From Acidobacteriota bacterium (GTDB lineage: Bacteria > Acidobacteriota > UBA6911 > RPQK01 > CBDBID01), in assembly GCA_965205565.1 (NCBI GenBank), contig CBDBID010000037.1, forward strand, positions 22,547 to 86,546: a stretch of DNA of 64,000 bases, read 5' to 3'. The notes below the pieces were generated by a model. The model was not told the origin of the DNA, made no database searches, and saw only the letters and a program-made list of their open reading frames with translations. How positions within the stretch are numbered: position 1 is the first letter of the stretch; the number at the start of each line of letters is the position of its first letter. Positions 59,791 through 64,000 of the stretch are shown here, piece by piece. A program made the position numbers and the translations under genes.

Positions 59791-59881
59791 TGGCGGAGAG
59801 GGGGGGATTCGAACCCCCGGCCCGGTTAACCCGAGCAACTGCTTAGCAGGCAGCCCTGTTCGACCGCTCCAGCACCTCTCC
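59791..59881 (-). tRNA. tRNA-Ser(GCU)
   Basis: GGAGAGG acceptor stem, anticodon arm GCTGC-CT-GCT-AA-GCAGT, long variable arm, GGTTCGAATCC, encoded CCA. Confidence 0.97.
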
Positions 59882-59916
59882 AATCGCCGGCCTTGATGAG
59901 ACCTGGCGGGATAGGG

Positions 59917-59946
59917 ATTCTAGGATGAAGGGAGGGAGCGGGTCAA
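59917..59946 (-). promoter_or_regulatory. tRNA-Ser promoter
   Basis: Minus strand TTGACC-N18-TAGAAT. Confidence 0.65.
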
Positions 59947-60026
59947 TTGGAGGGGCGAAGGCGGCGGGTGACACATAGATCTTCCCACTCCCCGCTCGCG
60001 CGCTCTGCTAGACCCAAAAAGTGAGA

Positions 60027-60926
60027 CTACCTCAGCTCCAACTGCAGGTCCTCTTCCAAGCGGAAGCTGCGCTTCTGTTCACGGTCCAGTTTGACTTCTT
60101 TGCCTTTGATCAAGAGCACGCCGGCCCCGCCGGCAATGGCTGCTCCCTTGACCGCACCCCCCTTGCCACCGAAGATACCGCCAATGATGGCACCCACACC
60201 GGCTGCAATTCCGACCTTTTTCACATCCTCTTTTTCGGTGCCCTCGGCTTCGAAAGCCACTTTGCTGGTTTTAATTGAGTGCCGAATGCCCTCGAACTCA
60301 ATCTGGCTCAGCGCGATCGAAAGGCGGGTGCGGACTTTGACCTTACCCGCGGGTTGCGCATCCAGCACCTTCCCGATGACGAGACTACCGCGAGGGATGG
60401 TGACACCGCCTTCCATTTCCAGCGCTCGGTCCAGGTTGGCCTGAAAGCCATCTCCAGGTCCGTTGATGGCTGACCCCACCCGCCCAGACAGGCGGACCTC
60501 AATGGGCGTGTCCGCCTTAAGCACCACCGGGGCCGGATCCTGATTGGCAGGAGCCGCCGCCTCGGGTGGGCTTGGAACGACTACCGGTTCCGGCGTCTGA
60601 TCGGTCGCAGCAGCGGATGGAGGCGTGGCTGCTGGCGCCGGGGGCGGTGGAGGTGGAGGCGCCACGTCACTGGCATTCCCTGAAGTTCGAACAGCCTTGC
60701 CTGCCGGAGGAGATCGATCAACCCGACGCGAAGAAGCCGCGGGAGGATCGGCGGCCTTGGGCTTTTTCTCAGGCTTAGGTTTCACAAACTGGGAGCCGGC
60801 CGGGTCAACTTCGACTATGGGCTCCTCCCCTACGGTTTCCAGTTCCGCTTGCGGCTATGGCTGGCTCGGGCTGCACCCCAGGAAGGGCGCAAGCGCCACG
60901 GCTAAGGAAACGGATCCAATAGTCAT
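60027..60926 (-). pseudogene. Proline-rich lipoprotein with TrbI/VirB10-like beta domain and glycine zipper; in-frame TAG 60855-60857
   Basis: MTIGSVSLAVALAPFLGC lipobox in frame with ORF 60027-60785; GD.F.A, IP.GS.V.G.V, GAIIGGIFGGKGGA. Confidence 0.65.
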
Positions 60927-61005
60927 GATGAAATAGGCCTCCCTGTTCCTCTTAAGACTGCGAGCTGCCTTGGAAGTTTCAAAGCAGTTCCTATCATGGG
61001 CGGGT

Positions 61006-64000
61006 TCAGTCTCCGTTCAAACCCAGCTCTTCGATCGCCGTCCGGACCTCCGCCGCCAAACGCCGATACATCAAATCCGCAGGTTGATCGGCTTCCCTCG
61101 TTGCCACCCGGATGGGGGAGCCAAAGATCACCCGGATGGGTTGCGGGCGTGGAAAGGTGCGCCCCGGCGGCAGAGCGGTATGGGTGCCGAGGATGCGTAC
61201 CGGGACGATCGGCACTTCCAGATCCGCTGCAATCAGTCCCAAACCGGGCTTGAAGTTGCCCAACTGCCCGTTTCGGGAGCGAGTCCCCTCGGGGTAGATC
61301 AGAACGGGCTCCCCGGACTTCAGTATCGATCGCGCCAGCCTGAGACCAGCCAGCGAGGTTTCCTCGCGCTCAATCGGAACGACGTTCAAGAAGCTGCCGA
61401 AAAACCACCCCTTTAAGGGGTGATCGAAAAAGTAATCCCGGGCTCCCAACACGTGCAGGCGGCGGGTCTCACCCACACCCAGAATCGACCCCAATGCGGC
61501 GATAACCGCCCCGGTATCGAGGTGACTACTATGGTTGGCAGCCAGTACGTAGGCGCCGCCCCGGGGAATTCGACTGCCGACGGCGGTCAGCCGGAAGTAG
61601 GATCGGTAGATGCCCTTGAGACACATAAAAGAAAACGAAAGAAGGGCCTGGTCCAGGAGAGGGCGCTGCGGATAGGCTAGAGCGGAGCGAACCCGGGGCG
61701 GGCGGCGGGGCTGGGTTGGGTGCTGGCGGCTCAGTTCTGCAAACATTTCGCCCACCGTCTGGATGTCGGGCGCTTCCTCGTCGGCGATGGAAACTCCAAA
61801 TCGGCGTTCCACGAACAACAGCATCTCAATGATCATCAGTGAGTCCAAACCCAGATCGCTGTAAAGATGGCTTTCGTCATGGATCTCCTCGACCGGAATG
61901 CCAGTCAGGACGCTGAGCTGCCCTAGTAACTCTTTTTCCGCTCCCTGCTCCCCCGAGACCGATCTTGCCGTTCCTTTGGAGGCGTTCTCCTGGAGCTGTT
62001 TCTGCACTTGGGCACGCACCACATCCCGGCGCAGCCGGCCCTCATCATCCCGAGGGAGGGGCTCCCAGCGCACATGGATCCCTTGCAGCCGCTGGTAGCT
62101 GGGTAGCTCCCGCGCCAGTTTCTGGACCGCTCGCTGAACCCACAGCCGTTCTTCCTGCGGATCGGCCTGGGAGGGGTTAGCGCGGGACGTTACCACGACT
62201 CCATGCACGTCTTCGGTCAGGGCGTTCTTCAATCCGACGACACAGATTTCCCGCACGCACGGAATGCTCTGGTAGATGGCCTCCAGGTCTTCCGGGTAAA
62301 CATTCTTGCCAGCCCCAGTGACGATTACGTCCTTGATTCGGCCGGTAACATAAACGTAACCATCCTCATCGACCCAGCCCAGGTCGCCGGTGTGAAACCA
62401 CCCCTGCCGCACGGCACTCTTGGTGGCTTTCCCGTTCTGGAAGTATCCCTGCATCAAACTCGGCGTCCGCACCAGGATCTCTCCAATCCCATCCTGATCG
62501 GGGTGGGAGATCCGGAGCTCCACGCCTGGAAGAGGTTTGCCTGCCGATCCGGAGCGGCTTAGATTTAAGGGGTTCACCGTCAGCACAGGAGCGGTTTCCG
62601 TAAGGCCGTAACCTTCATAGATCGGCATCCCCAGGGCCTTGAAATCCGCGTAGAGTCCTTCGCTCAATTTGGAGCCGCCGCTGACGAAGAGCCGGATGTT
62701 GCCGCCAGATTCCTGGTGCACCTTGGCAAACAATTGCCGTCCAATGTTTTTCCCGAATCTCCTTTCAACCGAACGGCTGAGCTGCTTGGAAGTGGTCATC
62801 CAATTCTGTTTGAGACTGGATTTAGAGGCCTTCAGAATCCGGCGCTCGATATCATCCCAGATTAGGCTATACAAGGTCGGCACCCCCAACATACAGGTCG
62901 TTCCCGTCTCCCGCATGGTCTCCAGAATGCGTTTCGGCTTCAAAGATCGTGCGTAGGTAATGGTGGCGCCTCCATAAATGGCCATCAAGAAGCCGCAGGT
63001 GAACTCCAAGGCATGATAGAGAGGGAGTACCGAAAGCAATTGATCGCCCTCGGAGATCGGGACATAGCGATTCACCCCCAAAACATTGCTCAGGAAACTC
63101 CGGTGGGTGTGGACCGCGCCCTTCGGGTTTACGGTCGTACCGGTCGTAAAGAGAATGGACACGGGATCGTCTGGATGGATTTCGATCTCCCCTAATCCAT
63201 CCTCCGTTCCAGCGCCAACGGGGGCTGCCGCAGAACTCTCTGGGTCCCGGAACGCCGCGCAGAACTGATTCACGTTCAGCCAATTCTTTTGACAGGCTGG
63301 TGGAGATGTGCCCGCCATGCCGGATTGGAAGCGCTCATAGCAATAGGGGGAAGCCAACACCGCTCCGGCTTTAGTAAAACGCACCACCGATTCCACTTCC
63401 CTCACCCAGGTTTGGGCATCCAGTGGGGTTACCACCAATCCCAGATAGGCGGCGCCGAAATAGGCCATGCCCCACTCAGGCTGATTCTCTGAATAGAGCA
63501 CCACCCGATCTCCTTGGCGAAGCCCCCTACCGTAGAGCTGCGCGGCGATCCGTTTCGCGCCGGCCAGCAACTGGGAGTAGGTCAAGCGGTGCCACTGCCC
63601 GTTTCGCTTCATTTGGAGCGCCGGCTTGTCGGGTAGTCTTCGAGCGGTGCTTTCCAGCAACTCGGTGATGGTCTTGGGGGGTGGTGTATCCGAGACCGGC
63701 TCTTCCAGCTCCAGGGCGCCGGCTCCCTCTACCTTCAGAATATATTTTTTGACCCCGGGTATATGGATATGCTGAATGTAGTGGCGCCAGTTCAAGTTGC
63801 TGACATCGAAATTAAAGAGCTTCCGGTCCTCCTCACTCAACCCGGCCCAGAGTTGCAGCGTATTGGTCACATCGAATCTGCAGGTCAGATTTAGATACGG
63901 CTCGTAGATCTCGCCGTAGTAGTAAAGCCGCTGGCGGGCGGCTCGGGTTGCGGAAAGTTTCCTCTTGAACCGGTGCGTCACATCAAAAATAGCCAGCCTG
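61006..64000 (-). CDS. Multidomain reductase / acyl-adenylation / ACP / acyltransferase (ElbD-like), 5' part outside window
   Basis: FAR C-terminal-like FD...LNW..Y..HIPG, FTTGTT.NPKG, YGLTE, HTGDLG, ACP DLGLDSL, NHSSHLD, PEGTRS. Confidence 0.85.
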   Translation of the reverse strand, partial: RLAIFDVTHRFKRKLSATRAARQRLYYYGEIYEPYLNLTCRFDVTNTLQLWAGLSEEDRKLFNFDVSNLNWRHYIQHIHIPGVKKYILKVEGAGALELEEPVSDTPPPKTITELLESTARRLPDKPALQMKRNGQWHRLTYSQLLAGAKRIAAQLYGRGLRQGDRVVLYSENQPEWGMAYFGAAYLGLVVTPLDAQTWVREVESVVRFTKAGAVLASPYCYERFQSGMAGTSPPACQKNWLNVNQFCAAFRDPESSAAAPVGAGTEDGLGEIEIHPDDPVSILFTTGTTVNPKGAVHTHRSFLSNVLGVNRYVPISEGDQLLSVLPLYHALEFTCGFLMAIYGGATITYARSLKPKRILETMRETGTTCMLGVPTLYSLIWDDIERRILKASKSSLKQNWMTTSKQLSRSVERRFGKNIGRQLFAKVHQESGGNIRLFVSGGSKLSEGLYADFKALGMPIYEGYGLTETAPVLTVNPLNLSRSGSAGKPLPGVELRISHPDQDGIGEILVRTPSLMQGYFQNGKATKSAVRQGWFHTGDLGWVDEDGYVYVTGRIKDVIVTGAGKNVYPEDLEAIYQSIPCVREICVVGLKNALTEDVHGVVVTSRANPSQADPQEERLWVQRAVQKLARELPSYQRLQGIHVRWEPLPRDDEGRLRRDVVRAQVQKQLQENASKGTARSVSGEQGAEKELLGQLSVLTGIPVEEIHDESHLYSDLGLDSLMIIEMLLFVERRFGVSIADEEAPDIQTVGEMFAELSRQHPTQPRRPPRVRSALAYPQRPLLDQALLSFSFMCLKGIYRSYFRLTAVGSRIPRGGAYVLAANHSSHLDTGAVIAALGSILGVGETRRLHVLGARDYFFDHPLKGWFFGSFLNVVPIEREETSLAGLRLARSILKSGEPVLIYPEGTRSRNGQLGNFKPGLGLIAADLEVPIVPVRILGTHTALPPGRTFPRPQPIRVIFGSPIRVATREADQPADLMYRRLAAEVRTAIEELGLNGD

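Larger units (their letters stand above)
52983..59820. mobile_element. Degraded integrative island at the tRNA-Ser 3' end with terminase and serine recombinase module
   Basis: Recombinase adjacent to the tRNA 3' end, degenerate tRNA-end repeat at the distal side, gene fragments inside. Confidence 0.65.

Noticed and set aside
60855..60857. In-frame TAG (also 51715) as pyrrolysine
   Set aside because: Not in a methylamine methyltransferase, no pyl genes in view; simple nonsense change is more likely.

Overview
Bacterial chromosomal window, probably Acidobacteriota (inferred from the Acidobacterial-type VWA protein, TonB, YtxH, surface beta-propeller protein and ElbD-like enzyme). About 50 kb is an intact housekeeping backbone: ispF-ispD-dnaB-rplI-rpsR-rpsF-hppA-pth-rplY-prs-ispE; ileS-lspA-lolA-fabH; thiD, nth, queE, trmL; dksA-like-rsfS-nadD-obgE-rpmA-rplU; nadA, folE, tyrA, rnhB, pcm. 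Many accessory genes carry in-frame stops or frameshifts. Best signals: (1) a candidate selenoprotein (52116-52856, LL-U-GCP with a SECIS-like hairpin) split in the ORF track; (2) a ~6.8 kb island at the tRNA-Ser(GCU) 3' end with DUF5681/terminase large subunit/DUF2924/large serine recombinase but no capsid genes, bounded by a degenerate tRNA-end repeat; (3) an unclassified ~230 nt structured RNA candidate between rsfS and the dksA-like gene; (4) a 150 bp palindromic MITE in the folE leader; (5) an sxtIJKL-like carbamoylation module with a frame-determining G30 tract; (6) an ElbD-like ether-lipid enzyme; (7) a cytochrome c relic with all three CxxCH ligands mutated. No CRISPR array or rRNA seen. 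Family assignments come from motif recognition only; no searches were run.
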